From the NCBI RefSeq assembly GCF_009914755.1, contig NC_060939.1: DNA of 64,000 nucleotides; one strand, given 5' to 3'. Positions within the stretch are counted from its first letter, which is position 1. Each line of letters starts with the position of its first letter. Source of the stretch: the human T2T-CHM13v2.0 reference genome, Homo sapiens. The notes under the pieces are model-generated. The model saw only the letters and a list, made by a program, of their open reading frames with translations, was not told the DNA's origin and searched no databases. This document shows positions 16,548 to 37,591 of the stretch, in pieces. Position numbers and translations under genes: made by a program.

Positions 16548-19103
16548 TCTCATCCCTAAAAACGCTTCAACCAAACAAAAACCTTTCCCGGTTCTGAGCC
16601 ATTCAGTTGGCCTTTCCAGAGCCAAAAGTTTGTGGCAAGAATTCTGGTCCTTGCTCTAAAAGCAGTGGCCAGTCTTCCAGGTGCACCCACGTAGCCCCGT
16701 CAGGCTTTCTGTGCTCCCTGCCAGCTGCTGCTCTGGAGCTAGGATGTGCCAGGGTTAGCATCTTAAAAATAAAGATTTCTTCCAGCTGAAGATCAAAAAT
16801 AGACTTGGTGAGAGTTTTTCAGATGAGAAAGAGGAGAAGAGCAGATTCTCTAAAAAACTGGTCCCGATTCTTACCCAAACCCAAGCTAGAGAGCTGTGTG
16901 TGCCCATAAACTCAAGTCCCCCTTCTCAGCCTCTCAGAGTCCACCCGTAGCCTGAAATCAGGCCCGTCCCCACCTCGTGCCCATCATGGTGCTGCACATT
17001 CCTCTGAGGAAGCTCTCGGTTCATCCAGGTGGACAGTCGGGACCAGAGCGACAAAGAAGCCTGCAAAGCCAGGTGCAGCAGGGCTGGGTGGGCACGGCAC
17101 GGACCGAGCTTGCTCTTCCCTCCCGTCCCAGCCAGGCACGCTGTCTGCGTGGTCCTGGCCTGGGTCCTTACCAATCAACAGACATGAATGGAAGTCCATC
17201 TGACACTGATACCCTGCCCAAATTGGTTGCCATTGCCTCTTTGCTGTGCTGGGACCTTGGGCAACACAAGGGCTGAGGGTGATGAGCTGAAAGCTGCTGC
17301 TTCCAGCCTTCGGGCAGGTAGGGCTCAGACAGAGGAGCTGGTGGATTCTGCCTAGGGGCTCCACCAAGACCTTTTGAGGGCTGCTCCCCAACACCTGCCC
17401 TGGGCCTCACGTGCCTGAAAGGTTTTATCTGCCTGGGGAACCTGCATGTATTAAGTAACAGCTACTTTACTGTCCCATTTTTCTTGATAATCAAAGCACG
17501 TGTATCTTTGCACACAGCCTCAGGTCAGGCTGGAGGGTCTCTGGGTTGTCATAAATCCCACCTAAGGCAGGTGTGCTGGGCCTGCGGCATGGGCACGTGT
17601 CTGCCTCCATGGGGTGCTCCCCGGACCCTGCTTCCCATTTGCAGACCTCTCGAGCCCTGGACTCAGATTCAGAAGGGCTGGGCTTTGAGGACCTAGCCCT
17701 GCAGCCAGAGAACCACAGAAGCTGCTGTGGCAGCGCTGAGACTTCCTGTAGGCTGATGAGGCTGACTCTGGAGGTGATGGTCCCCAAGTCCTAGTCACTG
17801 GCACCACCACATTCTGCTGCCCCTGAAGTCCAGAGCCACCTTTGCCCTGGAGGGGACACAGCTTTGCAGCTAGATGGCATGTGTTTGCCCCCAGCCCTGC
17901 CATGCCCCTCATCCTCTCTAAGCCTCATTTCCTGATCTTATAAAGGGAAACGACGAAGAGATTCTCCTCGGATTTTTTTAAGGAATAATGAAATGTGCCT
18001 GGTATATGACAAGGCCTCAAAAGGAAAGCTTCTCCCCATTCCCTGCCATCCCCCAAACTCTGCCCACTCCCTCCTGCCCACTCCCTCCCTCTCTTGGGCG
18101 TGGCTCAGTATTTATCTTCATTCCCTGGAGCTGAGTTGGTTGGAGGGAGAGGGGTGCTGTAGGAAAGCCCTCCTCCTGTCCCCAGAGAGATAGCATTCCC
18201 GAGGGGCTGATTCCAGCCTCCGCTCGCATCACACTCCTGCCAAGCCTGCGGCCTCCTTTTTTCTCCTTATGGCTCAGAGCCCAGTTTTGGAGACATTTGG
18301 CTCTGATGCACTTCTAAGTGCTGAGACAAGTTACTTGGATGCCTTTAAACCCAAAACAAGGTCAGACATCAAACCACATCTCGCTGTGCAGCCAGGCTTC
18401 CACTCCCAGCTGCCCCAGGGAGGTGGTGGAAAGAATAAACAGTATTAATGGTGGAGCTAATATTGTGCCCACCCAGGCTCCAGGCCCTTCACCAGCTGCA
18501 GCCACTCTTGCTGATGGTAGTCTGGGGTCTCTCTGTTTATTTGCTATATGTTTGCACTCGTAAATGTTGCGCATCTTATATAGTATGGTTTTGTGGGCAT
18601 TGCACGGATAATATTGTTCTTCAACTGTGCTTTCACTAACTTGGCATTGCTGAGATGAGGCCCTGTGGATAAGTTTTGTGCATGGTTCCCCTGAGCTCCT
18701 GGCTGCCGCCTGTCCTCCCCAGAAATGGCCAGCATTTGCTGACTCTGAGGCAGTGTCTGGCCAAGGAGTGCCTTTCCTTCCAGAGCACAACACGATCACT
18801 TTAATGATAATGTCACTTAAAGATATAAAAAAACAAGGCACATTTGCCTGATTTGAAGCTGAGAGCATATTCCGTATGCTGGTTTAGGGCTGCAGAAAAG
18901 TTTTTGGTGCCAGTGACACATACACAGCACTGTTTCCTGATCTGGGTCATGGTGACGGCCGTGGCACCCTGAAAAGCACCTAGCACCTAATACTGGCAAG
19001 GGGTAGAGGGAGCTCCAGAGCCAGGGCTGGGCTGGAGATTGCTGCTCTTCCTGCTCCTCCCGTGTCCCCAGCTGCCAGAGGGAAGCTGCTGCCTTCCTGT
19101 TTA

Positions 19104-19517
<414 letters not shown>

Positions 19518-19734
19518 TTAATGGGAGCCCTTCTAGAACAGCTCTATGGTAAATGCCCCCACTGCAAGCTGTAGGTTATGGGCAGGGGACCTCGGTGCCT
19601 GCCTGGTGCTGTGTGAGAGGCTGCTGTGCCCATCAGGAACAGAGGTGGGCTGGATGTCAGCCTCCACTGCCCATAACACATCCCTTTCTTCACCTGGGGC
19701 TGTTTGTCTGAGATGTGAGTCAAACCTACCCTCA

Positions 19735-20097
<363 letters not shown>

Positions 20098-20499
20098 CCA
20101 AAGCTATGGTTTCCCAAGGGTCTCTGAAGACCTAGTCAACCTTGGGGAGGTGGCCCACAACAAAGGGGTTCCATCTCCAGCCATCACCACTCTGCATCAG
20201 GTAAGGTGCCAAGTGCAGGCCAGCCGGGATGCATCCTAAAGGAAGGATCCATTTTAGGACACAGCCACCAGCCAGCCTAGCTGCCCAGCCCTAAGGCAAA
20301 GGCCCATAGAGTTTGATTTTCTGGTGTTTGACTAATGTCCTCTCGTTTTAGAGCTTGGGTTCCTCTGCTGTTGTCCACCAGCTCCCTCCCCTCTCCCCAG
20401 GCCTGCCCCAAGCATCCCTGGGCCAGGGCTGAGCCTGACTGGCCAAGCAGCATCCCACTGTCTTGGGCACTGTGATTGGTGGAGGAATCCAGGCTTGAG

Positions 20500-20890
20500 C
20501 CAGTCAGCACAGGCATTACCCTGGGCCCCAGAGTTGTAGCTCCAGTGGCTTGGAGGTGGGCGTGTGACCTAGTTTGAGACAGCGAGATGTGAAAATGGTT
20601 CCTTGCTCTTCAGAGTGAGCCAAGGAAAGAAACACCTCCCTTGTCTCTGGACATCTGGGCGGGTTTGAGGCCTGGGACAGCTGCCACCATTTTGCCACCA
20701 TGAAGGAAGCCAGACTGAGGATGAAGCTGACACAGTTAATTCGGGGAGACAGAGAATCACTGAGAAATGGGGCCACAGCCCCTGGATGGAGCCAGTCGTG
20801 AAGCCCACCCTGAGCCTCGGCATGGAATTTATGTGAGAACAAACTTCCCTGTGGTTTGGCATCTTAGTGTAGGTGGTTTTCTTTGAGCTT
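20500..20890. mobile_element. Old MLT1-like LTR fragment
   Basis: GCCACCATTTTGCCACCATGA..GAGGATGAAGCTGACACAG motif typical of MLT1J/K. Confidence 0.55.
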
Positions 20891-21289
20891 AGGTGAGAAA
20901 GGGCTGAGGGTCTCTTCAAGGAAACCTCCCTGCAGACTCCCTTTCTGGCAAACACACCTACTCTGAGACTAGTCCAGTGTACCTCGAGGATCAGTATTGC
21001 ACATTGATGTCACAGGGTGAGTTGCCTGGATTAACAGGCATGTCAAAGGCACCTGCAGCCTTGGCTCTGCCTGTCCTGGATCTCTTTCCAAGTGACCCCC
21101 CAAAGACCCTAAGTCGAAGGAGTACAGGCAATGGGCTTTGAGACCAGAGAAGAAGACAGCAAAACCACAGGCATACCTCCAAGGCCAGGATGCCACTCTC
21201 TGGTGAGATCAGCTCCCTCATTACAAAGAGAGAGCCTGGATTCACCGCTCCACAATCCCAATGGCTGTGCTTCTCCTTAGAGAGGCCGG

Positions 21290-21500
21290 AGGGCTCAGAG
21301 GTTCAGAGCACTGGGGTACCCAGCTCTGCTGCTTGTTTTCTGACCGAAGGCGTCTGTGCTTCAGTTTCCTCATCTGTAAAATGGGAGTAGTTTCGCCGTC
21401 CTAGCGTTGCTGTTAGGATCAGATGAGCTAATTATTCATAAGAAACTTAGGACAATGCTAAACAAAAGCAAGCACACAGTCTAACAGCAGTTATTAGTAG
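21290..21500 (+). mobile_element. MIR
   Basis: CTTCAGTTTCCTCATCTGTAAAATGGG core. Confidence 0.75.
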
Positions 21501-21601
21501 TAGTATAATTCTCATTAGCAATCATTAGTAGCAGTATTCTCATTAGCGATTAGTATTAGCATTATTATTTTCATTCTTGGTAGGAGAGTCAGTTGAGTTA
21601 G

Positions 21602-21913
<312 letters not shown>

Positions 21914-22838
21914 CTTTTTTTTCTTATAATTTTTTTTTTCTTTTTTTTCCTGGGGAATGGAGTCTGAAGCTCTTAGTCAGTGCCCTCCAGCAGCACTGGG
22001 AGGTAGATGGATTCTAGAACTCCTAAACATATCAAGATTCCCACACCCGCACGCTGGGCGGATCCCAAGGGCAGGGCAGGCTGAGGTCTAGTGTCTCACC
22101 ACACCCAGGACAGACCAGTGAGCAGGGCCTCCAGCACCTTGGCCTCATAGAGAAAGCCTGTGACCTCTGCTCTTCCCAAGGAAGAAGCCTAACGATGGCT
22201 GAGGTCAAGCTCCCTCCAGCCCAGCATAAGGAGGCCTAGAGCTGAAAGTAAATGAATCCATAGAAACAAAAGCAATGAATCTTCCTTCCAGCGTGTGTTC
22301 ATGCCCAGCACATGTATACAGATCCTATATGCCATTGCTAATCACGGAGGGCTTCCATGCCCTGAGTACTTGCGTTGGTTTCTTGTTCTGAATGAGTGCC
22401 CTTAGGAGATGCCTTGCCTGGAGCCTCATTTTGCTCCAGCACCAAGAAGGGGAGGAGAAGAGTGCTAAGACGAGGAGAGCCACAGAGGCACGGCGGGGCA
22501 TGGCAGGGCTGCATCAGGCTGCTGAAGGCAGGCAGGACCTCAGGCTGAGAGAAGTCACAAGGACTCGGCACTGGAGGGGACTGCATGGCAGACACCGTCT
22601 GGTGTGTTCCTCCAACCGCACTGCCTGGCACCCACCAGGAGTCCAGCTTGGGGAAGAACCCCGGGGAAGGCTGGTGGTCCCTCTCCTGCTGGCCTCCCTA
22701 TGCCCCTCTCCCCTCCCTGGTCATGGGGTCCAGGCCTGTCCATGTGGCTATGATTGGGGACAGGCTTCAGCACTACGCCAGCTCAGAGCAGGGCCTCAGC
22801 CAGCCCATGCCAAGTTCCCAATAAGTCACTTCCACTGA

Positions 22839-23530
<692 letters not shown>

Positions 23531-25577
23531 ATGGCCACTTTTTTTGGCGGCAGGAGGGGTGGGGGGGTGATACAGCTAGTGGTAATTATATAAAATTGTT
23601 TGCGGTGGTAGAGTTTAAGACAAAAATGCAAATGAAATAAAATGAAGTTTGTTGCATAGAAACACTGAAAACATGGTTATGTCCTTCTACAACCCTATAA
23701 GACATACAAACATTGTCAGAAACACCCCCTGGTTCACATTTTAGATTTCATTCATTGATTAATTATTTTTTTTGCCCATTCTCTGTGCAGGAGTTGCACT
23801 GTTAGAGATGGTGGCAGCAGTGTGAATCAAATGAAGTCCCTGCTCTCCCGGTTGTGGCCACATTAGTCCAGCCCAGAAGAGTCTCCAGGGGCCCGAGCAT
23901 CTGTCCTCACATCAGAACTAGCTTTGGGATTGTGACTTTGGGGTTGCTTTGTTGGCTTCCTTTTCCTGTCAGGCAGCATATAGGGCTGGGGGCTGTCAAC
24001 CGCACCCTCCCTGAATCTACGTCCATCACGAGTCCCCTTGCAGGGCCTTCTTTTTTTTTGACCCAGCGTCAGTCATGTAACTTGCTTTGGCCAAGTGATG
24101 TCAGCAAGTGGGATACAAGCAGAGGTCTGAAAAGTGCTGGCAAACGGGGCTTGCTCGCTCGGCTCTGCCACAGTGTGAGAACGTGCCTCGACTCGCCTGC
24201 CGGTGGACAGCACACTTGGAACAGGACTGGTGTCGCCAGCTGCCCCAGCCGAGGCCACCCTAGACCAGCCAGCAGCCAGGACCATGGCCCGGGCGAGTCC
24301 AGCCTGCATCACTGGCTGCAGACTCGTGGGCTAAATAATTGCTCATTGCTTCAAGTCACTGAGTTTCAGGGCAGTCCGTCCCATAGCATTATTGTGGCAG
24401 TGGTCACTGATGGGGCAGTAGGAGGGCTCCTGTCAGTACCAGGAGCTGTTGGCTCCTGTCAGAAAGGACCTAGTGGTAGCCAGTGTGGACCTGGAACAAG
24501 AGAGTGGGCCTTAAAACGAGGATCTCCAGGCACCATGTGGGGCTGAGCCTCATAGGCAGCCATTCCTGAAGCGCAGGAGGTGGTAGGAAATTAGGAGGCA
24601 AAGGCGTGAGATGCTATGGCAGCTTCCCTGAGCGGGGACGATGGGCACCACTCATCGGTGGGCACCGCAGGGTGAGTCAGTTCCCGGCCCTGCTGCTTGA
24701 ACTCATCTCCCACAGGCACAGGCTGGCCGTGGGAGTCCGCGGGCCACGTGCAGTCTCCTCATTCCCACCTCCTCCAGGTTTCCTTGCAGCCTCCACCTCC
24801 AGGGCTGAGTCATGAGCTCATGGCCCCAGGGAAGGAGAAGCTGGAAAGGCCTAGGACTTCAAGGTCACAGAGCTGTCAGCCCTCTGGGGAACTGCCTTGG
24901 TAGAACAGAGTAGCCACCTCACCCAAGGCAGCCCCCAGCCAGGGACGGATCAGCTTGGGGGCGTAAACCTTGGTCCCCTCACCGCAGCTTGGTGCAGCCT
25001 GCAGGGCCACCCCAGCTCCGGGGCTCCTGAGACCAGCTTCTCCCTCGGGCCATCCTGCCTGTCCCATTCTGTCCCCTTCCATCAGGGCTGACCCCCAGAG
25101 GACACCCTAACAATTCCCTGCAGCCCAGGCTCCACCTCGGTGGGTAGCAGCTTCCCTGAAACCAGTGGTGCTTCTCATTCAGTCCCTGCAGGCTGAGAAG
25201 CAGCCTGAAGGATCTCCACTGCTTCCAGGCGAGGCCCCAGGGATCTGCTGAGAATCTGGCTGGTTGGCTTGCCAGGAAACATCACTGTGAGTGTGAAGTG
25301 TCCCAGCCTTTGAGGGCCGCACGCCCACTGCCCAGGCAAGGGCTGAATGGGAGCTTCAGAACTCAGGAGATCACAGTGTGGGCGAGCCTAGGCTGCAGGA
25401 CGGAGCCACAGCAAGGGTGACACAGGTTGCCAGTGCCCTGTGGAGGACACCACAGAACCCCACGGCAGCCCGGGCCTGCCGCGCCTGCACTGTCACCCAC
25501 TTGGGGTGGAGCATTCTTCTCTGCAACCAGCTATAGGAAATACATAGTCTTATAATCTTTGTCCACCTGAGGAATTA

Positions 25578-25898
25578 CAGATGGTCCCTGGCTCCTGGTG
25601 CCTCAATTTATGATTTTTTGACTTTATGATGGTTTGAAATATTGGCAGTTTTGATGAATGTACAGTATTCAATATATCATGTGAGGTATTCAACATTTTA
25701 TGATAAAATGGGCTTCGTGTGGCATGATTTTGCCCAATTGTAGGCTAACCTGAGTGTTCTGAGCATGTTTAAGGTCCACTAGGCTAAGCTAGGATGTTCG
25801 GTAGCTTAGGTGTGTCAAATGCATTTTCAACTTACGATATTTTCAACTTGGAATGGGTTTACCTGGATGCAACCCCCATGTAACTCGAGGAGCACCTG
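25578..25898. mobile_element. Tigger3-like (MER7) non-autonomous DNA transposon
   Basis: TA-CAGATGGTCCC ... GAGCACCTG-TA termini, TA TSD, Tigger3-like internal sequence. Confidence 0.8.
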
Positions 25899-26880
25899 TA
25901 TGCGTCAATTGCCTTCACCCTCTAACAGGGTGGGTGTGAGGGCTGCCATGTCAGAGAAAGCAGGCCTGGAATGGCGGTCAGAAGAGGATTCTGGAAATTC
26001 TGAGGTTTCCTAACAAGGCCCCAGTCATGGCAGGAGGCTCTGAGGGCTCCACTGGGGCCGGAGAGGCTGCTTCCAGGCTCTCTCTGGCGTCCCTTGCTGG
26101 GGCTCCAGGCCTTCTCCAGCTGCTGGTGGCAGACCTGGATCACAGGGCTGCTCAGTACAAGGCAGCTGGCTTTTCCCAGAGCAAGGGCTCTGAAGGGGAG
26201 GGAACAAGAGAAGGTGGGCAAGGTGGGGGGCACAGGCGTTTTGTAGCCAAATAATCTTGGAAGGGACAGCCCATTACCTTTGCCAGATTCTACTTAGTAG
26301 AAGCCAGTCCCTAGGTGACAGGAATCACGAAGGCCATTGGAGAGGCTGCCTGCCCTACGGGATTGCAGAGGGGACGAGGCCCAGCAAAGGCTGTGGAGCT
26401 GGAGGATGCCACGCCCATTCAGGACGAAATGCAGAAGGACGCTGCAGAGCCTGCTTCTCTGTTCCTTCGCCTCACTGGGGCAGACCAGCTGCGGCCAGCC
26501 TGTGCCCACTCCTCGCGGACCTGGGTACTGCTTCCAGGGATCCTTCAGTCCTGGGAGTTTAATCATTCTGTCCCGGCCTCTTTGCTCCCAGCCCTCCCCT
26601 GGCAGTTGCTGCTCTATTGTTCTAGCTCAGTTTTCACTTTTTGCCCTTGCAATGCACAAGGGTTAGCAATTCTTGATGGTACAGTCTCTCTGTTCGAAGA
26701 GCTGGGGTGGTTTCTACTTCTAGCTGGACCCTGAGTGATCCTTCAGGCAGGGGTCTCTGCGACTGGAGACATGCTGTGTGCATGAGGTCCCATGTACACT
26801 CAGATTGCATCCCCCATCCCTGCCCAGCCCTGAGAGGCAGGCGAGACAGTCCCCCTCTCACCATCTCTGGGGTGGGCCTG

Positions 26881-27184
26881 GATTTATTGGCTGAAGAATT
26901 ACACCCTCTTTGATGGTATGCAGTTTAATTCCGTAGATCAAAGCTATGTCTAGATTTTAAATAAATGATAGGGATTTAAAATTGTATATAAAACACAGTC
27001 ATTGTATCTTGCTTTCTTTGGGTATGTATTCTTTCTTTAATTGAGCAGGCAAAGAATTTTAAGAGAAAAATATAAAATGCAGCTATAGTATTATTAATCT
27101 GATCTTGCTATTTGAAAGAATCTAGGTCAGTTATGTTTTGAGCTATTACTGTTGAGTCCTGTGCATTGATTATATAATCTTTTA
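26881..27184. repeat. ~300-bp direct duplicate of 6770-7061
   Basis: About 9 substitutions and 3 small indels by manual comparison. Confidence 0.97.
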
Positions 27185-31127
<3,943 letters not shown>

Positions 31128-31399
31128 ATTGCTCAAGGCCACACAGCTGCGAGTGGAGCCCACTGCCTCTGCTCCTCCACTGCTCCACACTGCCCTGCAA
31201 AAAGGAGGAGGCCAGTCTCGTTTCTTGGGGAAGGTGGGGGCTTAAGACCCCAGGGCCGAGTTGCTCCCCTGTTTGGGAGCATTTGCTTCAATCTGGGAAT
31301 TCAATCATCTGGGAATTATTTAAAAGAGGTGTAGAGGCCTTGAAAAATCTCAGCTTGGGTTGATTGGGGGAGGGAGAGGGACAGTGTCCTGTGTTTTCC

Positions 31400-33060
<1,661 letters not shown>

Positions 33061-36000
33061 TGTCCTGTATTTTCAGTGAGGGAGACAAGACGCTGAGCTT
33101 ACACAGCCCCACTCCCTCCAGAGCTACACGCCAGGGACCCCTGCCCAGACCTGCCTGGAATGGCTGCTCCTGTGTTGGCCTCCAGCTCAGCCGTGCATGG
33201 ATACAGGAAGACCAATAGCCAGAGGCTGAAGGGCCATAGGAAGGATGCTGGGGCAGCATCAGCTCCGTGGAGGGGCCCATGGACCACTCTTACATTTAAA
33301 TCCATCTGCCAGTCAGGAACAAGTTCACTTCCATAACACAACTTTATTGTGTTTACACAGTTAAACACAGCCCATGTGTTCACTGTAGACACAGAACTGC
33401 TGTGAAAGGACTGCCCGTTTCTAGGCTTTTCCATGAAGATTAATATGCCACTTGTTTGTTCCCTGTGTCCGTCTGCTAGCATTGGCCAGTCAGCGGCGGG
33501 TTAAGAACTCACCAGGGAGAAACTTAAATTGGAGAAAAAAAAATTCTAGTAGATACTGTCTGGCTACTCACCCAGCTTCCACCACCTTTTCTGCTGTCTC
33601 AAGAACCCAGATATTTTTTGTCGTGGTCCCCCCAGTCCTCTCTCGTTAGAGGCCCCAGGAAGAGCCCTCAAAGGCGGAGCTCTCCAGACACTGTCATGAG
33701 CAAATGCGAGCCCAGGACGGCCGTGGCCACCCGGCAACACACCTTGTGGAGGGAAGTGTGCACCACTCAGGGGGACTGAGGGACCAGAGCAGGTGCCATG
33801 GGAGATGCCCACCCTGCAGCCCCTGGCCTCCGCTTAAACCGGTTTGAGCTGGACTTCCTATTACCTGCAGCTGAAGCATTTTGACTGCTACAGTTCTACT
33901 CATCTTCTTGTCTCTCTTACGCTGGTCAAACGCAAGTTAACATGGGTTCCAGCTGGATGCCGAGTTGAACTCTGCGTTTGCACTCCTGCTGCACCCGCCG
34001 TGGCACACTCAGCCAGGGGCCTGTGCTGCTTCTCTCTGCCTGGAAGGGGCATGGCTACATGTGGGATCCCCCTCAAGCAGACTGCAATGAGGACTTGGGT
34101 GCATGAAGTGATCCGAGGAAGGGCAGGGCAGGGGTGGAGGTGGAGGGGGAGGCAGGGGAGGGAGACAGGTCCATGAATGAGGGGTTTCCACTGCGGGCAA
34201 TGGGCTCAACCCACTGGGCCCTCAGGGAGACTGTGGGACACAGGCCTCCAATGTCCCCACTGGAGAGGGCGGAGGTGAGCATTTCTACAGACTCCCATCC
34301 CCATGGATGAAGGGGCCCTGGGGCACAGACTCCCCTGGCATAGCCGACCTGTGCTTGCAAGTGGGAGGGATATTCCCAAGGTGGCAGGGAAGAAAAGAAT
34401 AATCGAGAAGCAGGCTAGTAGGTATCTCCTGTCCTGCAGGAGAGCTGGGTGGCTGGGGCTCTGGATGGGACATCACAGCCTCTGCTTAATCACGGAAGCC
34501 TCAATTTTCTTATCTGTGAAATGAGGCTAATGTTTGGGGTACATACCTGGCAGGGCCAATGTGACAAGAAGCAATAATAAATGTACTTCCTGGCATACAG
34601 CAGGGGCTCTGTAAGTGCTGATCCTGTCAGTGGCAGCTCCTTAAGGAAAGCAGCTGCCTCAGTTATGGTGCCAAATGCTGTGTGCCAGGCTCTGCTCTCC
34701 CTCTGCCACCTCTACCCCACCTCTTCCTCCTGAATCTATGAGTGGCCCGGGGCTCCAGGCAAATTAGGCTTTAGCACCCCGAGCTGGCCCACTGGCCTAG
34801 AGGCCAGGCCACTGTCCTGAGGTGTCCTGACAAAGGCTGTGGGGGCCACATGAGGCAGCCAGGCCAGGCAGGTGCCCCTGCTTGGTGTCTGCAGCCCGGG
34901 CCCAGGTTGATCTGCAGGGTCACTGCCAGCTGCCGGTGCCCACAGACCGCGCCACTTGGCCCTCTGACCTGAGCAACCGCCTGCTGCCTTCCATGGGAGG
35001 CCTAGCCGCCTGACCTTTCCTTCCCAAAGTCATTTTCCGTTCTGCTGTGTTATTGGCCAGGCCTGAAACGCTCCTCTGAGGGAGTGGGAAGGACCGTTCT
35101 GAGGCTTGTCATTGTTTCAGGATCAGGTTGCCTCAGCCTCAAAATCTGACAGAAACCAGAACTTCCTCTGAGTCACCCACACCCATGACAGGGGCCTCGG
35201 GTGGAGGGTGAGGCTGGGGTGGGGGGCGGGGGCTCTCTCAGCCCGTCTGGGCCTAGAAGGCCTCAGCGGTGCCCTCCCCCTGGCAGCCCAGCTCCAATTT
35301 TGCAGCTCTGGCCAAGCACCAAGCTGGCATGAGGGTCTGGACCTCAGCCTGAGCCCTGCGCAGCCTGAGCCAACTTAGAGGGCAAGGTGGGAAGGAGGTG
35401 GCCCCTCTCAGACAGGAGAATGCAACTGCTCCTGCCACGGAGCCAGGGGAAGGAGGCTTTGGGGTTTGGGATGAATGCTGCCAAAGGCCGCAGGAAGCCC
35501 CTTCACATCTTCCTGAAGGCGGATGAGGGAACCCCAGGACCCAGCACTCACTTCCTAAGTCTCCAGCCCCATATCCAAGACGGGGCCGGGGCGTGAGGAC
35601 CCCTGCACAGCTCACCACTCGGGCCCTCTCTAAACAGCCTCCTGGACATCTGTGTCCCCTGTGTCCTTTGAGGAGGAAGGAAGCCGCTCCCTGGAAGAAG
35701 TTGGCTCTGGCCTCAGACATGCATCTCCTGTCAACAAATGAAAGCCCCGCCACTCATCAGCTCCGCTGTCGGTTGGGAACCTGCAACCGCCTCTGGCTCT
35801 CCGTCTGTACAGCCGGGGGTCCTGGCCCCATCCCCGCCTCAGGCTAGCTGGCTGTGGATTCCATGCCAAGACACACCGCCCAGACACATCTCCAGCCAGC
35901 AGGAGGCTACGGTGCCACGTTCAGGCTCTGCCAGTGCTTCTAGGTCCTCCGAATGTCCTCAGGTGGAGAGCCTGGGCCACTCCTCCTATGTGCTCCTTGT

Positions 36001-37591
36001 TCTTCCACCTCAGAGTGGCCAAAGGAGGGGCTCTGGTTCCCAGCCCTGGGCCCCAGGAGGAGGGCCTGTCTGTCCCTTTCCTGCCGCTCAGCCTTTCCCA
36101 TAGTGCAGCCTTTGAGGACCTCAGCTGAATCCCACCTGCCTGCCCTCCACGGGCCACAGCCCTTCCTCACGGTCACCTGCATTAAGCACCTACTGTATAC
36201 CCAGGGCTGTGTCCCATGAAAACAGAGCAGATGTAAGAGCCAGGTCTTTGGTCACGGCGCCAGCATCTGAAAAGCATTTGCAGTTTGAGAAACATTTGAC
36301 CCTCATGGTCACTTCCAGGTGCGCAGAGTCCAGGAACTGTCCCGTTTTCCAGATGAGGAAATGGATGCTTTTGAGAGTCACGTCACATGCACGGAGCACA
36401 GGTGTGCCCGAGGCCGCGCCCCGCAGCAGAGCTGGGATTAGAATCTAGCTGTTTTGGAGCCATCGTCTTTTCCGTGATGTTCTGAGGGGCCTCTCTGTTT
36501 CTTTTGAGGAGTTTCATGCTGATTATTGAGACAAGGTGGTTCAGGCAAGACCGCTCTCGAGCATGGACGCAGGCACGTAAAAGTTCATGCACAATCACAC
36601 CACAGGCATTCCAGAGCACCTCAGACGGGAGGGGCCTGCGGGAGGGTAAAGTCAGAGGGCCTGGGCGGGCGGCAGATGCAGTGATGAGGAGAGAGCATCC
36701 CGGGGAGCTACTCTGGGGATCGGCGTGGGAGGCTGGACGAAGCAGCGTGGACGGAGCACAGATGTGGTCACAGGCCACACCCTGCAGCAGGTCAGGCTGG
36801 GCTGGTGTTAGAGTCAAGAATGGGAGGCTTGGGACTGTGGTCTGTGCTGCAGGGTGATGGTATCACAGCAGGTTTTGACCTGGGAGGTGACTCCCTGAAT
36901 GCATTCAGTCTGGAGTAGCCTGGGAAGTGGCGAAGGGAAAGGGTCTCCAATGAGAGTAACTGCTGTTGCCCAGCTGGCAGGTGAAGAGGGCCTGGAAATT
37001 GGATTTTAAAACTTAGAGTCAACCCGATGATTCAGTAACAAGTGGGGCACATCTGGCTTGTAATAATAATAACCCCTTCTGCACTGCAAAGGTCTCTATG
37101 CACCACGCACTGTTTTCTCCTCTTGTGCCTACGGGAAAGACGTTACCATCTTTCATGGCAGCTCATCACCTTCAGCAACCTCTGGAAGGACCCCACAAGC
37201 CCTCGCCTTGCACTGAGGGTGGCCCCACACCTGTCTGCCTAGGCTATTTGGGGGTCTCTGCACCCAGACCTCTCCCCGGATGGAGTTTGGCAGGTGGTCA
37301 GTTTTGCTGCGTGAATTGTAAGTGAAGAGTCTTTTAGCAACCACCTCCCCACTCTCTGCAGCCTCAACCTCACTGTTCTGTGCCCCTCCCGTCTTTCCTG
37401 CCTTGTACTATTTGGACTCCTTTCTCTAATCAAAATCTGCTCCCTGGAAGAATCAAAGAGCAGCCACTTATTTTCCTTAGGGCCAACATCTTCACTTGGT
37501 CATCATTCTACTGTAAGCTGGTGAATATAGCACCTGACATAGAGTAGGTGCTCAGTAAACTAGAAGGAAAGGAAAATGTGTTTTGAACGAC

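Noticed and set aside
23854-24546. 230-aa ORF and other long ORFs (43372-44034, 44753-45475, 46941-47540, 12167-12715)
   Set aside because: No recognisable domains; they overlap old LTR/Alu sequence or are expected by chance in GC-rich DNA.
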